Assembly: GCA_010093705.1 (NCBI GenBank)
Contig: MU006093.1
Coordinates: 65,785 to 129,784 of the forward strand
Origin: Patellaria atrata CBS 101060
Taxonomy: Eukaryota
Length of the DNA stretch: 64,000 nucleotides
Direction of reading: 5' to 3'
The notes beneath the pieces are model-generated. The model saw only the letters and a list, made by a program, of their open reading frames with translations. It did not search any database and was not told the DNA's origin. How positions within the stretch are numbered: the stretch's first letter is position 1; every line of letters starts with the position of its first letter. Below, piece by piece: positions 50,972 through 62,846 of the stretch. The position numbers were made by a program, and so were the translations under genes.

Positions 50972-51775
50972 ATGGACTCGATGAGGAGTCTCAATACCTC
51001 ATTGCCCGTACCATCTTCGCCGAAGAAGCCGACGACACATCCTCCTGAGCAGCTCCTACAGGCATTCAAATCAGCCGCTCTCTCTGTGACAAATCTCTAC
51101 AAGACTGCAGCAGCAGACCAAGCCCGGGCACATGCAGAGGGATATCAAGAAGCGTTGGAAGATCTAATAGGCTTCCTAGACAGCAAAAACCTCGGTTTAG
51201 GAGATGGGGAGGGTTGGAAAGTACGGCAGTGGGCCACGGAGCGACTCAACGGTGCCGTTCCCACTCACTCCACCAGCGACAGTGATGAGGAAACAGAGGA
51301 GGATAAACGAGCGAGGAGTTCGTCCCCGATATTGCAGGGAAAACCTAGTCTAGATCCTCCCCAGACGAACCAAACTCTCAGTCTCCCCTCACCCGATAAC
51401 AGATCAGAATCCGCTCCTCCAGCGGCAGTGGAACAGAATATCAAACCAACATTTGCAATGATACCTTCGAATAGCGAATTCACGTACCGATCTAACATCA
51501 ACTATCCGTCATATCACGATATCGACATGGAAACCAACACCTCGCCTTCTTCGGCCAACACAAACTCCTCGCCACCCGTACGTCTGGAAGTATTTCCACG
51601 CCCCATACGTTCTTCGGCAAGGATAAACAACCGTCAGAACAGCAGGGCCACAACTCTAGGAGCTGGCGCTGGAGCTAAGCGGAAGGTTCCATTTAACGAA
51701 TACTTCGATATCAGCGGCCTCCACTTCCCAGGGCCACAAGGGGGTGCTGGGCACAAGAAGGGCCGCTTCATATGA
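50972..51775 (+). CDS. Conserved fungal protein, HAPSTR1/C16orf72-like
   Basis: LLQAFKSAALSVTNLYK..GYQEALEDL helical motif; basic C-terminal AKRK..HKKGRF. Confidence 0.65.
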   Translation: MDSMRSLNTSLPVPSSPKKPTTHPPEQLLQAFKSAALSVTNLYKTAAADQARAHAEGYQEALEDLIGFLDSKNLGLGDGEGWKVRQWATERLNGAVPTHSTSDSDEETEEDKRARSSSPILQGKPSLDPPQTNQTLSLPSPDNRSESAPPAAVEQNIKPTFAMIPSNSEFTYRSNINYPSYHDIDMETNTSPSSANTNSSPPVRLEVFPRPIRSSARINNRQNSRATTLGAGAGAKRKVPFNEYFDISGLHFPGPQGGAGHKKGRFI

Positions 51776-52765
51776 TATACACAAGCTACACATTTACGCA
51801 TGACGGCTTTTCCCACGACGATACACGGCTGACTGACTGCATTATACCCCGGAGCGCGATATGTGTCTATGACTTGGGTGCATCACTGCATTACCTCGAG
51901 TAAATATAGAGGACGGGGCAGATGGCGTATAGGGTGTGAGCATTTGCATGTGGCCCCGGAGTTTAACATCACCTTTCTAGAATTGCGGAGGATCCCGAGG
52001 GGTTTGTACGTAGGCATTTCTTTATCCTTTGCGAAGCGGAAGTGTATCAATACTCTAAAAACTTTCCGCTCGTTTAATACGTGCTGGAAGGAATGGATAT
52101 TATATACATGGTATATAGACTATTTAATTAGGTTGTTAGTGGTGTTCATGTTCATTCTCTACCTTATGAATATGTCTTCCTTTACTTCTAGGTACTTTAC
52201 AGTCTGATATCGTATCTGGCTGGAAATCTAGCCGTATTTCGCACCTTCCTCGGATTTTATGTTATATGCAACATCAAACTGACTCACCTCAAACCTTCAA
52301 CCCTCTGACAGGCTCTAGGTTCGTTGAAAATACCCCTAGTTTTGCTGTGAGCGATGAATCCGTTCCAAGTCAACCCAAGTCCACCACTACGTGGACGGAA
52401 ATCGTACACGTCGCACTCATCAAATAACTAAGTATGAAAGACGAAGGTCAATTGAATCGTTTAGGTTTAGATTGCATAAGTGATAGTTTCTATTTTAGGA
52501 GGAGTTGGGTAAGATGAGAATTCGCCACAACTCCTTGAGTCGTATGGCATGGAAAGTAAAGAGACTACCCAACTAAGACTAGTGATGATTACATAAGCTG
52601 TCGCTGCTGCCCCGGTAAACAACCGAGACGGGAATTTTGCTAAGGTAGACTACAAAGGACACAGGTAACAACGGTACTCGAAATACGGAGTACATCCTAC
52701 AATTACACTTCGACCGACGAGTCAGACGTTCTAAAACCTCTCCAATTGCGCATACAAATTTCAAA

Positions 52766-53398
52766 ATGTCAAAACAAGGCGGTGCCGGGGACACCTCTTT
52801 CCGCAAAACCTGGGACAAGGCCGAATACGCTGAAAAAGCAGCAAAGCAAGATGCTAAATCGAAAGAAGAGTCCAAAGCGCGCTATGAAGCCGCGCTACAG
52901 GGCAAGAAGTATATCCGACGAGCCTCCACGCCGCCCGATGCCCGCGACACGGAAGCCCGGAAACAGCGTCTCGACGTCGCCGCTCAAGTCGGGAAGACCC
53001 AGCTCGTCCCTGCAGGCGCGGCGGTGGGCAAGAGGGGCAAAGGCGCGGGGTTTTATTGCGAGGCTTGTGATTTGACGTTTAAGGACAATTTGCAATTTGT
53101 GGAGCATCTGAATAGTAGGCAGCATCTTGTGAATACCGGGCAGACGGGCGAAGTGAAGAGGGCGACGGTTACGGAGGTCAGGGAGAGGTTGGCGTGGTTG
53201 AAGAGGAAGAGGGTCGAGGAGAAGAGGGAGGAGGTCATAGATTTGGGTGCGAGGATTGAGGTTGCGAAGGAGAGAGAGGAGAGAGAACGGGACGAGAAAA
53301 GGAGGGCGAGGAATGAGAGAAGGAGAAAGCACCGACGGGCGGGAGATGATAGTGTCAAAGTCGAATTTGCTGACGGGTGGGATGGGGTTATTAGGTGA
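52766..53398 (+). CDS. SNU23: U4/U6.U5 tri-snRNP zinc-finger protein Snu23 (ZMAT2)
   Basis: FRKTWDKAEY; AGFYCEACDLTFKDNLQFVEHLNSRQH (matrin-type C2H2); charged coiled-coil tail. Confidence 0.93.
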   Translation: MSKQGGAGDTSFRKTWDKAEYAEKAAKQDAKSKEESKARYEAALQGKKYIRRASTPPDARDTEARKQRLDVAAQVGKTQLVPAGAAVGKRGKGAGFYCEACDLTFKDNLQFVEHLNSRQHLVNTGQTGEVKRATVTEVRERLAWLKRKRVEEKREEVIDLGARIEVAKEREERERDEKRRARNERRRKHRRAGDDSVKVEFADGWDGVIR

Positions 53399-53560
53399 GA
53401 AAGGGCAGTTCCTGTCATGGTCAAACAAAGTGGCTTGAGGATATCGAATTGGGAGTCGCCATGACCATCTTAATGGCATTGCATCCATCCAAAAAGAGTG
53501 AGTTGGACATTCCTATCACCTTCACTGAAGCTTTGATACTTATGCGAGATTCGATAGCAT

Positions 53561-54895
53561 CTACAACTTTATGACTATCTTCCCCTGCACGCTTCCTTCA
53601 ATAAGATCCCGGAGACCTTCCTCTGCCCGATCCACTGGCAGCACTTTGGAAATCTTTGGCTCGATCTTATGCTCCACTATGAACTTGATGAGGACCTGAA
53701 AATCTTCAAAGCTGCCTACGTAGCATCCGGTAATTTTTATCTGCTCCACAAAAACCTTTTTAAGGTCAAGCTCAACCTGCATACCTGAATGTCCACCACA
53801 TGTTACAATCGTACCGCCAAGTACGACGGATCCTAGCGAATGATTCCAAGTCGCTATACCTGAGGGATCGAACACTGCATCCACGAGCTTTGGCAATATC
53901 TCTCCTGGAGTAAAGGTCTGATGAGCCCCTAAACTGGTTGCTATTGCTCTCTTCTCCTCAGTCCGTCCAGTAGACCACACGGTCATTCCAGCAGCGCGGC
54001 CTAACTGAATAAGAGCTGTCGCAACGCCACCAGAAGATCCTTGAACTAGCATCGTCTGCCCTCTCTTAAGACCAGATAGTTTGAATAGCATCCGGTATGC
54101 GGTGAGCCATGCAATGCCCAGCACCGATGCGTGTATCATGGACAACTCCGGCGGTTTTGGTATCGCGTTCTTTCGCGGCACAACAACATATTCGGCTAAT
54201 GAACCCTGGGTGAGCTCACCCAGCACATGGCGATCTGGATCCAGTGTCTCATCTCCCTTGAAATCTGGACTTCCCATGACAGGGTAGATGAGAACTTCAC
54301 TCCCATCATCCAATGTTCCAGCACCCTCGCTGCCCAATATCAGTGGGAACTTGATAGGATGCATTCCCTGGCCTCTCAATGTGAAGATGTCGTGGTAATT
54401 GAGTCCCACAGCCGCGACTTTGACCCTTACCCATCCCTCGGGTACCTCAGGTTGGCGGAAAATGTCATTCCGAAGTACGGAAAGAGGATTCTCTAGATTC
54501 CCTTTCGCTGCCCATACGGCTTTCATCGTCGGTACGCCGGGAGCTATTTCGTTGATCCTCATGAAGCTGATCAAGTCGCCCTCGGCCTTGTAATGAAGGT
54601 ATAATGGGAATGGTTCCGTTATCCCAAAGTCTTTTTCGTAGTCGCCGTCCATCATGACGTCAAGGCATCCCTCTCCTACGCTGCCCCAGGTTTGTTGGAC
54701 TTTGATCTTAGCGTTATACTCGACTATAAGTTTTTGTGCCCATGCTTGGATCGCTGGACGTCCTGGATAAGGTTTGGACTCATCCATAAGAGTAGCATTC
54801 TCAGTGAACGCTGCGGCGAGAGACGTGCTTGAGAGGTTGGTTATGGCTTCGATGAAGGCGGAAATGCAGGACGGTAGATCTTGGGTCTTTTGCAT
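53561..54895 (-). CDS. SnoaL/NTF2-like domain fused to an MDR-family (zinc-binding dehydrogenase/quinone oxidoreductase-like) domain, intronless
   Basis: N-terminal ~115 aa: AFIEA..LAAAFTENATLMDE..GRPAIQAW; then MKAV..VRVKVAAVGLNYHD..PLILGSEGAG..AWLTAYRML..LVQGSSGGVATA..GKIVI. Confidence 0.85.
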   Translation of the reverse strand: MQKTQDLPSCISAFIEAITNLSSTSLAAAFTENATLMDESKPYPGRPAIQAWAQKLIVEYNAKIKVQQTWGSVGEGCLDVMMDGDYEKDFGITEPFPLYLHYKAEGDLISFMRINEIAPGVPTMKAVWAAKGNLENPLSVLRNDIFRQPEVPEGWVRVKVAAVGLNYHDIFTLRGQGMHPIKFPLILGSEGAGTLDDGSEVLIYPVMGSPDFKGDETLDPDRHVLGELTQGSLAEYVVVPRKNAIPKPPELSMIHASVLGIAWLTAYRMLFKLSGLKRGQTMLVQGSSGGVATALIQLGRAAGMTVWSTGRTEEKRAIATSLGAHQTFTPGEILPKLVDAVFDPSGIATWNHSLGSVVLGGTIVTCGGHSGMQVELDLKKVFVEQIKITGCYVGSFEDFQVLIKFIVEHKIEPKISKVLPVDRAEEGLRDLIEGSVQGKIVIKL

Positions 54896-55045
54896 GATTG
54901 AGGTATAGCATAGGAGCCTATTGTGTTACTCCCCATTCTCAATGTCAAGACGCGTGCCCTCTTATGAATTGTTCTCTTCCGGTTGTCGAAATTTTGGCTT
55001 GCTCTTTGACTATACTGGGTTATCTTTGCGTGCTCCACCACATAT

Positions 55046-55491
55046 GCGGAGAGCTTCTAACCCTCCGCAGCAGCAGTTCTAAAAGAGAACGATGAGTAAA
55101 TTGGTTCTAACGGTATAACATCAACCTAAGAGAATTTTCAAGCTAATGCTATGAATTACGAAGTAATATCATCTCATGTCTCCACAGTCAATCTTTGACC
55201 ACATCCCGGCAGACAACAAGAGAAAGTTGGAGCTGACAATAGCATCCTATGGATGATTCAGCTTCTTCTCCGCCGTTAGAGAAGAGAATCAAGACTGTCC
55301 CATTTCAAGAAGTACTTATCGCCTATCAGAAGCATTCTGAGGCTTCAAATGCATCCTTAGCGCGTGGAACTCCGCACTTTATTGATCCTTCTCCGCCAAC
55401 TTCATGGATTACGTGATACATCATACAAGTATCTCGAGTTATGAATTGCGGACATGCTGCATCGCTATTCTACTCCTACAGGGAAATCCGC
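55046..55491. promoter_or_regulatory. Cluster of CTCCGC/GCGGAG motifs in the divergent promoter
   Basis: GCGGAG 55046, CTCCGC 55063, 55268, 55370, 55391; GCGGA 55448; TCCGC 55487. Confidence 0.55.
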
Positions 55492-55517
55492 AATACGTTC
55501 CACCAGACTGCCACGAT

Positions 55518-56766
55518 ATGTCTACTGAACCTGTTCCTCGCAGAAAGGCTTGTGAAGCATGCGTGAAGTAGGACCTACATATTGATTATTTTCAAAAACG
55601 GAGTAGATGGCTGATTCACCTCTCTGCACAGATCCAAGCGAAGATGTGACTTGAAAGAACGTTGCAGTCGTTGTACAGTTCGAAACCTAAATTGTAAATA
55701 TCCACCAGGCGCTCAACCACCGGCACCCTCGAATTTAGACGTAAATCTTGACTTCTCTTGGCTGGACAACGTGTTAGGGGAGCAGACGCTTATGCCAAAT
55801 ACGACTTGGCCTTCTATGCCATCCACTGATCCCATAGGTTTCGCTGGTAACCCATCACCTGCATTCGAGCTTGCAGATACCTATGACGAACTAACGCAGC
55901 GCCCACCTACACCAAGCATCCCTGGAGCATACGGACCGCCAGTCTCTGTCTTGCCGAGAGAAAAGACGCAATTCTGTGTTAGAACGTTCAAAGAATGGCC
56001 CTCCATGTGGCTCAAGGGAGGCAAGGCGCCCTTCATCCATTTCAAGTCGTATGTCCACGGCATCCCGCGTCAATTGCAGGATGCCTATGCCGCCTGCGCG
56101 ATTTATTCCACCCTGTCTCCAGCAAATTCTTCGATAGGCTTCAGCATCATCGAAACAAAAGCGAATGACTTACTACTCAGTCCCAACTCGTCCGTGCAAG
56201 ATCTCCTCGCCTCCCTCCAATCCCTAATAATCTTCCAGATCATCCGCCTCTTCGACGGCGACATCCGCCAACGCGCTCTCGCCGAGGACGTCGACCCGAT
56301 CCTCGAGCTCTGGACCAACACACTCCAACAACAAGCGCAACACTTCCTTCCCGGTCTCGAGCCTACCAGCGCCGATGTCCCCGCTGCAAGCGCTGCTTGG
56401 CGTACCTGGATCTTCGCAGAGTCATGTCGCAGAACTATATTGATGTCCTACATGATCCGCTCTGTCTACTCGATCGTCAAGAGCGGCTACTGCACGCACG
56501 AGCCGGACATCTCGTCGCTCTCGTTCACGGCGCAGAGCGGACTATGGGCGGCGTCCTCAGCCTGGCAGTGGGGCCAGGCGTGGGTGGAAAAGAAACGGTT
56601 GTGGATTTCTCAAATGGATTTTGCGGCTTTGTTGAGGGAAGCCGGCGTGGGGGATATCGAGGAGTTGGGCTTGGTGATGCTGGTTACGTATATCGGCGAG
56701 ACGACGTTGAATGACTGGTTGACGAGGAAGAAAAGGGAGAGGGAGGGGATGGTGGAGCCGGAGTAA
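55518..56766 (+). CDS. Zn(II)2Cys6 transcription factor, two exons (intron 55568-55631)
   Basis: Spliced RRKACEACVKSKRRCDLKERCSRCTVRNLNCKY; C-terminal LLASLQSLIIFQIIRLFDGDIRQRA and W..WIFAESCRRT. Confidence 0.9.
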
Positions 56767-57284
56767 GTGGTTTGTACTGTTGATAACATGATTTTAGATA
56801 CTGACGATGTTGTAGGTTGCACCCAATTGATTGGAGTAGCAAGATTTGTAAAGCTACGTGAGTCAGTGGACCTCTATTGATCTCAGGATGAAGGGAAAAC
56901 GACGTATAGTAGTATTGTACATGAGCATGTTAAATTCCACATGATACGGTTTAAAGGAGACTGTGATCTCTTCCAGAACGGAGTGTCAGAATGAAAGTTG
57001 CTAATTTGGTTACATCTATAAAAGCAATAATAAGATGCTTGTCTCACCATGTGGACCAGTCCCCGTCTCAGCGGTGATTTGATTTCTACAAATAAGTGAT
57101 ATAGTACACTTGTCAGCCTACGAAATAAGAGAACAGTGACGGGTGTAAAGCAATAACGTCAGTAACTACAGTATGTTTTAATGATTGAAGGTTTATGTGA
57201 AGTCTAGAGCTAGAGTTGCCGCTTAGTTCTATAGCAAGTCTTGGCAGGGTACAATTGTTTACGAACTTCCACTTTTGCCGGAGC

Positions 57285-57309
57285 CGCGTTTGAACAACAA
57301 ACACGCGAA
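57285..57309. promoter_or_regulatory. Paired MCB/SCB-like CGCG elements upstream of TOP2
   Basis: CGCGTTTG 57285-57292 and ACGCGAA 57303-57309, about 150 bp upstream of the ATG. Confidence 0.4.
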
Positions 57310-57449
57310 TCCCTAACAACACTAACTTCCACAGAATTTTTTAGTATCGTAGTCACCTCGTTTTATGGGCTCGATATACCTTCTTTCGTTCTTTTAAACG
57401 TTGAATTTCTTTCTTAGAGGAGATATACACGGTATCTCTTTTCAGCAAC

Positions 57450-60400
57450 ATGGACGACTCTATGGAAGAGTCCGCGTTTTTAGAAGGCGACAGCTCACCT
57501 CCAGCTCCCAAGCCGGTAAGGCCTTCTCTCCCATATGAATATCGTTGATTTGTGCTTACAATTCTTAGAAAGTTACCGCACGTGGCCGACCCAAGAAGTC
57601 TGATGACGCGCCCGCGAAACCCAAGGCTTCCAAAGCCCCTAAAGCGCCAAAAGGTACAAAGATTACGACGAAGAAACTGACGCAAACGACCCTGAAGACA
57701 GTCAAACCGACGGCCAAGAAACGCGCAAAACCGGAGTCAGATGATGAGAACTCTGACATGGAGTCTCCGGACCGTATCTCCCTCAACGACGACTCTCTCC
57801 TTTCGAATACCCCGCCCAGTGCAAAGAAGCAGAAGAAGGCTCCTCCTCCGAAGAAATCAAGTGGCAAGCCTTTACAATCCATCGAGAACGAAAGCTTCGA
57901 TATGGACGGCTCGAATGAGCCGAAACCGAAGAATTCGGATAATGCAACAGACCGTTACCAGAAGGTGCGTGTTCCACAACAGACATATCTTCAGCTTTGG
58001 ATTAACTTTTGCAATAGCTCACCCAATTGGAACATATCTTAAAACGTCCTGATACTTATATTGGTTCCGTGGAGCGCGATCAAAAACAAATGTGGGTTTA
58101 CAACTCAGTTACAGAATCAATGGAATTTCGGGAAATCAGTTTCGTTCCGGGTCTATACAAGATCTTTGACGAAATTCTCGTCAACGCAGCAGACAACAAG
58201 CAGAGAGACAAGAACATGGACGAGATGAAAGTGACCGTCGATCGCGAGACGGGGGAGATTACTGTCCGAAACAACGGTCGAGGAATACCGATCGAAATAC
58301 ATGAAAAAGAGGGTATCTACGTTCCAGAGATGATTTTCGGTCACCTCTTGACATCTTCTAATTACGACGATGAGGAACAGAAAGTAACCGGTGGACGTAA
58401 CGGTTATGGTGCCAAACTCTGCAACATCTTCAGCGTAGAATTCACGGTGGAAACAGCAGATGCTAAAGCACAGAAGAAGTATAAGCAGACCTGGAAGAAC
58501 AATATGGGCACAATGGGTGCTGCAAAAATTACTCCGTGCAAAGGAGACGATTACACCAAGATCTCTTTCGTTCCCGACTTCAAGAAGTTCAACATGACCG
58601 AGATGGACGATGACTTTGAAGCGCTTGTTAAACGCCGGGTTTACGATCTTGCTGGAACCTGCAAAGGTGTCAAGGTGTATCTGAACGGCGAGAAGATCAA
58701 GGTCAACAACTTTAAGAAATATATGGAAATGTATACCAGAGCAATCAAGACAGAATCGGGAGGTGGAAACTCCGAGGATGGTTCCACTGGCGAAACACAG
58801 ATCATTTTAACTGATAAACCGCATGAGCGCTGGGAGGTCGGTTTTGCAGTTTCGGACGGTTCTTTCCAACAAGTATCTTTTGTTAACTCAATTGCAACTA
58901 CATCTGGTGGGACACACGTAAACTTCATTTCCGACCAGATCGTGACCAAGCTCCTTGCGGAATTCAAGAAGAAGAACAAGGGAAGCGTTGCGTTAAAGAA
59001 CGCTCAGATCCGAAACCACATATTCCTTTTCGTCAACTGCTTGATTGTTAATCCTGCGTTCACTTCTCAAACCAAGGAGCAATTGACAACCAAAGCAACC
59101 CAATTTGGGAGCAAACCCGAACTCAACGAAAAGTTTCTGAAACAAATTATCGGGACAGAAGTTATGCAGAATATCCAGCATTTCGCACAGCAAAAGGCCG
59201 ACCAGATCCTCAAGAAATCGGATGGCAATAAACGGAGCCGTATGAATAATGCCAAACTTACAGACGCGAATAAAGCCGGAACCAAAGATGGATACAGATG
59301 TACTCTTATCCTCACCGAAGGTGATTCGGCAAGTGGATTGGCTCTCGCTGGTAGAGCTGTTGTCAACCCTGACCTTTTCGGTGTATTTCCCCTTCGTGGT
59401 AAGATTCTCAATGTCCGCGATGCATCTATCGAGCAGATCTCGAAGAATCAGGAAATTCAGAACATCAAGAAATTCATGGGTTTGCAGCATAAGAAGGAGT
59501 ATACTGATACTAAGAGTCTTCGTTATGGCCATCTCATGATTATGACGGATCAGGATCACGACGGAAGCCATATCAAGGGTCTGCTCATCAACTTCCTCCA
59601 GGTCCAATTTCCAAGTTTACTGAAGATAGACGGATTCTTGTTGGAGTTCATTACCCCTATCGTCAAGGTCTTTAAAGGTGATTTCAAGTATCCCAAACAA
59701 TTGAGGTCATTCTTCACCATGCCCGAATATGAAGCATGGAAGCAAGAGCCAGGTCATCAGAAGGGCTGGGAGCATAAGTACTACAAGGGGTTGGGAACCA
59801 GTGACCCGAATAAGGATGGACAGGAGTATTTCCGTGATCTCGATCGCCACCTGAAAGAATTCCATGTCATGAAGGATAAGGAGGCTGAGATGATAGATCT
59901 TGCTTTCTCCAAGAAGAAGGCGGATGCTCGTAAGAATTGGTTACGCGATTTTGTCCCTGGTACTTTCCTGGATATGACCGCCCCAAAGATCTCTTACGAT
60001 GATTTCATCAATAAAGAACTCATCTTGTTTAGTATGGCTGATAACTTACGTTCCATCCCTTCCGTTATAGATGGCTTTAAACCTGGACAGCGTAAGGTTC
60101 TTTATGCCAGTTTAAGGCGCAATATAAAGAAGGAAATGAAGGTCGTGGACTTTGCCGGGATGGTTTCTACCTTGACAGCATACGCTTATGGTGAATCGTC
60201 GTTACAGCAAACCATAGTAGGCCTTGCTCAAAATTTCGTGGGTTCCAACAATGTCAACTTCCTAGAGCCAAGTGGAAATTTTGGTAGTCGACTTCAAGGT
60301 GGTAACGATGCCGCGAGCTCTCGTTACATCTACACCAGACTTTCTCCATTTGCGAGAAAGGTCTTTCATGCTACTGATGAACCTCTTTTGAGATACCATG

Positions 60401-62846
60401 AAGATGATGGTAAAACCATAGAGCCGGAGGTCTACGTTCCAATTGTCCCAATGATATTGATCAACGGTGCTGATGGTATTGGTACTGGATGGAGCACGTC
60501 GATTCCCAACTATAAACCCGAAGACGTGGTCGATAACCTCAAACGACGAATGGCTGGTGACTCGAAAGACGACATGATTCCAATGAAACCTTGGTTCCGC
60601 AACTGGACTGGGCAGATTGAGGATATTGGCAATGATCGCTTCAAATTCACTGGCACAATCCGACAGACGGAAGAGAACGAAATTGAGATCACGGAGTTGC
60701 CGATTCGAGTATGGACTCAGACATTCAAGGAGAAGCTTGAGGAAATACTCAAAGCTGAGAAGGTTCCATCTTTCATCAAGGATTACACGGAGTATAATAC
60801 ACCTCTGAAGGTCCATTTTATCATCAAGATGGAAGATAAGCACATGAAGATTGCGTTGGAGAAGGGCCTCGAAGAGACGTTCAAATTATCAACTACCATG
60901 GCCACCTCCAATCTTGTTGCTTTCGATTCTCAAGGCAGAATCCACAAGTACAACTCTGTCATTGACATCATAGAGGAATTCTACCATGTCCGTCTTAAGT
61001 TCTATGAGAAACGCAAGCAGCATATGCTCAACGAGATGCAAAAGGAGCTTGATAAAATGACCAATCAAGCGAGATTCATTCAAATGATAATTGATGGCAA
61101 ACTTGTAGTCGCCCGCAAGAAGAAGAAAGAACTCGTCGCTGAGATGAAGCGTTTGAACTTCAAACCTTTTCCGAAGGTTATTGACGCACGCAAAGCGAGT
61201 GAGACCGAGGCAGTTGTGGAGCAAGAGGAAGTTCATGATACTGGCGATGCGGAAACTGACACCGCCGCAAGTGACTATGATTACTTAGTTGGGGTAAGTT
61301 CCTCTCTTCACGGATACCATAAAGAGTGCTAATAGAGATATAGATGGCTATCTGGTCGCTGACTCAAGAACGTATCGACAAACTGAGAGCCCAGATTGGG
61401 GACAGAGAAGAGGAAATTGACACCTTAATCAAACTTTCGCCTAAGGATCTCTGGACAAAAGATCTCGATGACTTCGTTGCGGAATGGCAGAAGACTTTGA
61501 AGGAGCAGGACCAGGAAGAAAAGAGGTATGCGAAAATGGGACGTCGTGCATCAACTAAGCTTCGCATTGACGGTAGGGGAAAAGCGAAGAGGAAGAGTGA
61601 TGATGATAGCGACGCTGATTTCGGTGCACCGAAGGCCAAGAAAGCTGCTACCACGAAAGCTTCTACCAAAGCAGCGCCCAAGGTCTCGTCCTTGACAAAC
61701 TACCTAATGACTGCCGATCAAAAGAAGTCATCATCTGATCCTATGGCAATTGATGGCGTTTCAGATGAAACGACCACTGCAGGCGCGTCTATCCCCGTCG
61801 AGAAGAAGAGTAAAGCTACGGCAAGTAAGCCGGCTGTCTCAAAAGCTAAGAAGCCCGCCAAAATCATTGATAGCGATGAGGAAGACAAAGTAATCAGCAA
61901 ACCTGTGGCTCCAAGGACTAAGAAGCCTTCGAAAATCATTGATAACGATGATGAATCGGTTGCGCCGAAACCTAAGAAATCCACGAAAGTCCTCAATAGT
62001 GATGATGAAGACGATGTCTTCGCTGCCGTCGCAAAAGAAGCTTCAACCCGTCCCACCGCTCGTCAAGCTCGTAATGCTACGAAAGCCCCTATCCGCTACG
62101 ACATCCCATCAGATAGCGATAATGAGGATGGTGATGATATGCTTGGTGATGTCAGTGCAATGGTTAAAGGCATTGGCAGCAGCTCGAACGAGAATACTCG
62201 TACCCTCTTCTCTGCTAGTACAGCAGCACGTCCGACAAGTGGTCACGGCTTATCAAAATCTCTCGCTCGCCCGACGTTGAAGTCTACAATCAATATTTCG
62301 GACGACGACGAGACTGACTACACAAAACTTGTTCCTCAGCCCTCACCTCAGCGTCCTGCTGCTCGAAATGCGAATGACACTATCCTTTCAGACGACGATG
62401 ACGATACACTACTTGGTCTCAGCAAGCCGCCTCCCCCGAAAGCTTTGAAGCAGCCGGCCAAACCTGCGGCAAAGGCAGCAGCTAAACCAGCCCCCAAACC
62501 CGTAGTAAAGAAAGCGGCAGCAGCACCTCAGCCCAAGAAAGTGGTCCCGCTTTCCCCGGCCGCGAAAGCATATGCTGCCAAGCAGGCTAAAGCATCACTG
62601 TCCAAACCCGCGCCCAAGAAGAAGAACGTAGAGTCCGAGAGCGAAGAAGATGTTGACGATATCGCGAACGAAATTCTCAGCGATGATGGTGATGAGGATG
62701 AGGAAGATGCGGTTGTAGTGAGGAAGCCCGCGGCTGTTAGACCAGGCAGGGCTGCTGCGCGGAAGCCGGCAAAATATGTCGTTAGTGATGACGAGGAGGA
62801 TGAGGAGAGTGAGGCAGATTTTGATGATGATGACGAGAGTGATTAG
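57450..62846 (+). CDS. TOP2: DNA topoisomerase II, four exons
   Basis: EHILKRPDTYIGS, EILVNAADN, GGRNGYGAKL, TEGDSA, PLRGK, DQDHDGSHIKGL, YYKGLG, RYIYT active-site region; introns about 57516-57568, 57965-58017, 61294-61343. Confidence 0.98.

Noticed and set aside
53561..56766. Secondary-metabolite biosynthetic gene cluster
   Set aside because: No PKS, NRPS or terpene synthase backbone; flanked directly by housekeeping genes, so treated as a two-gene module.
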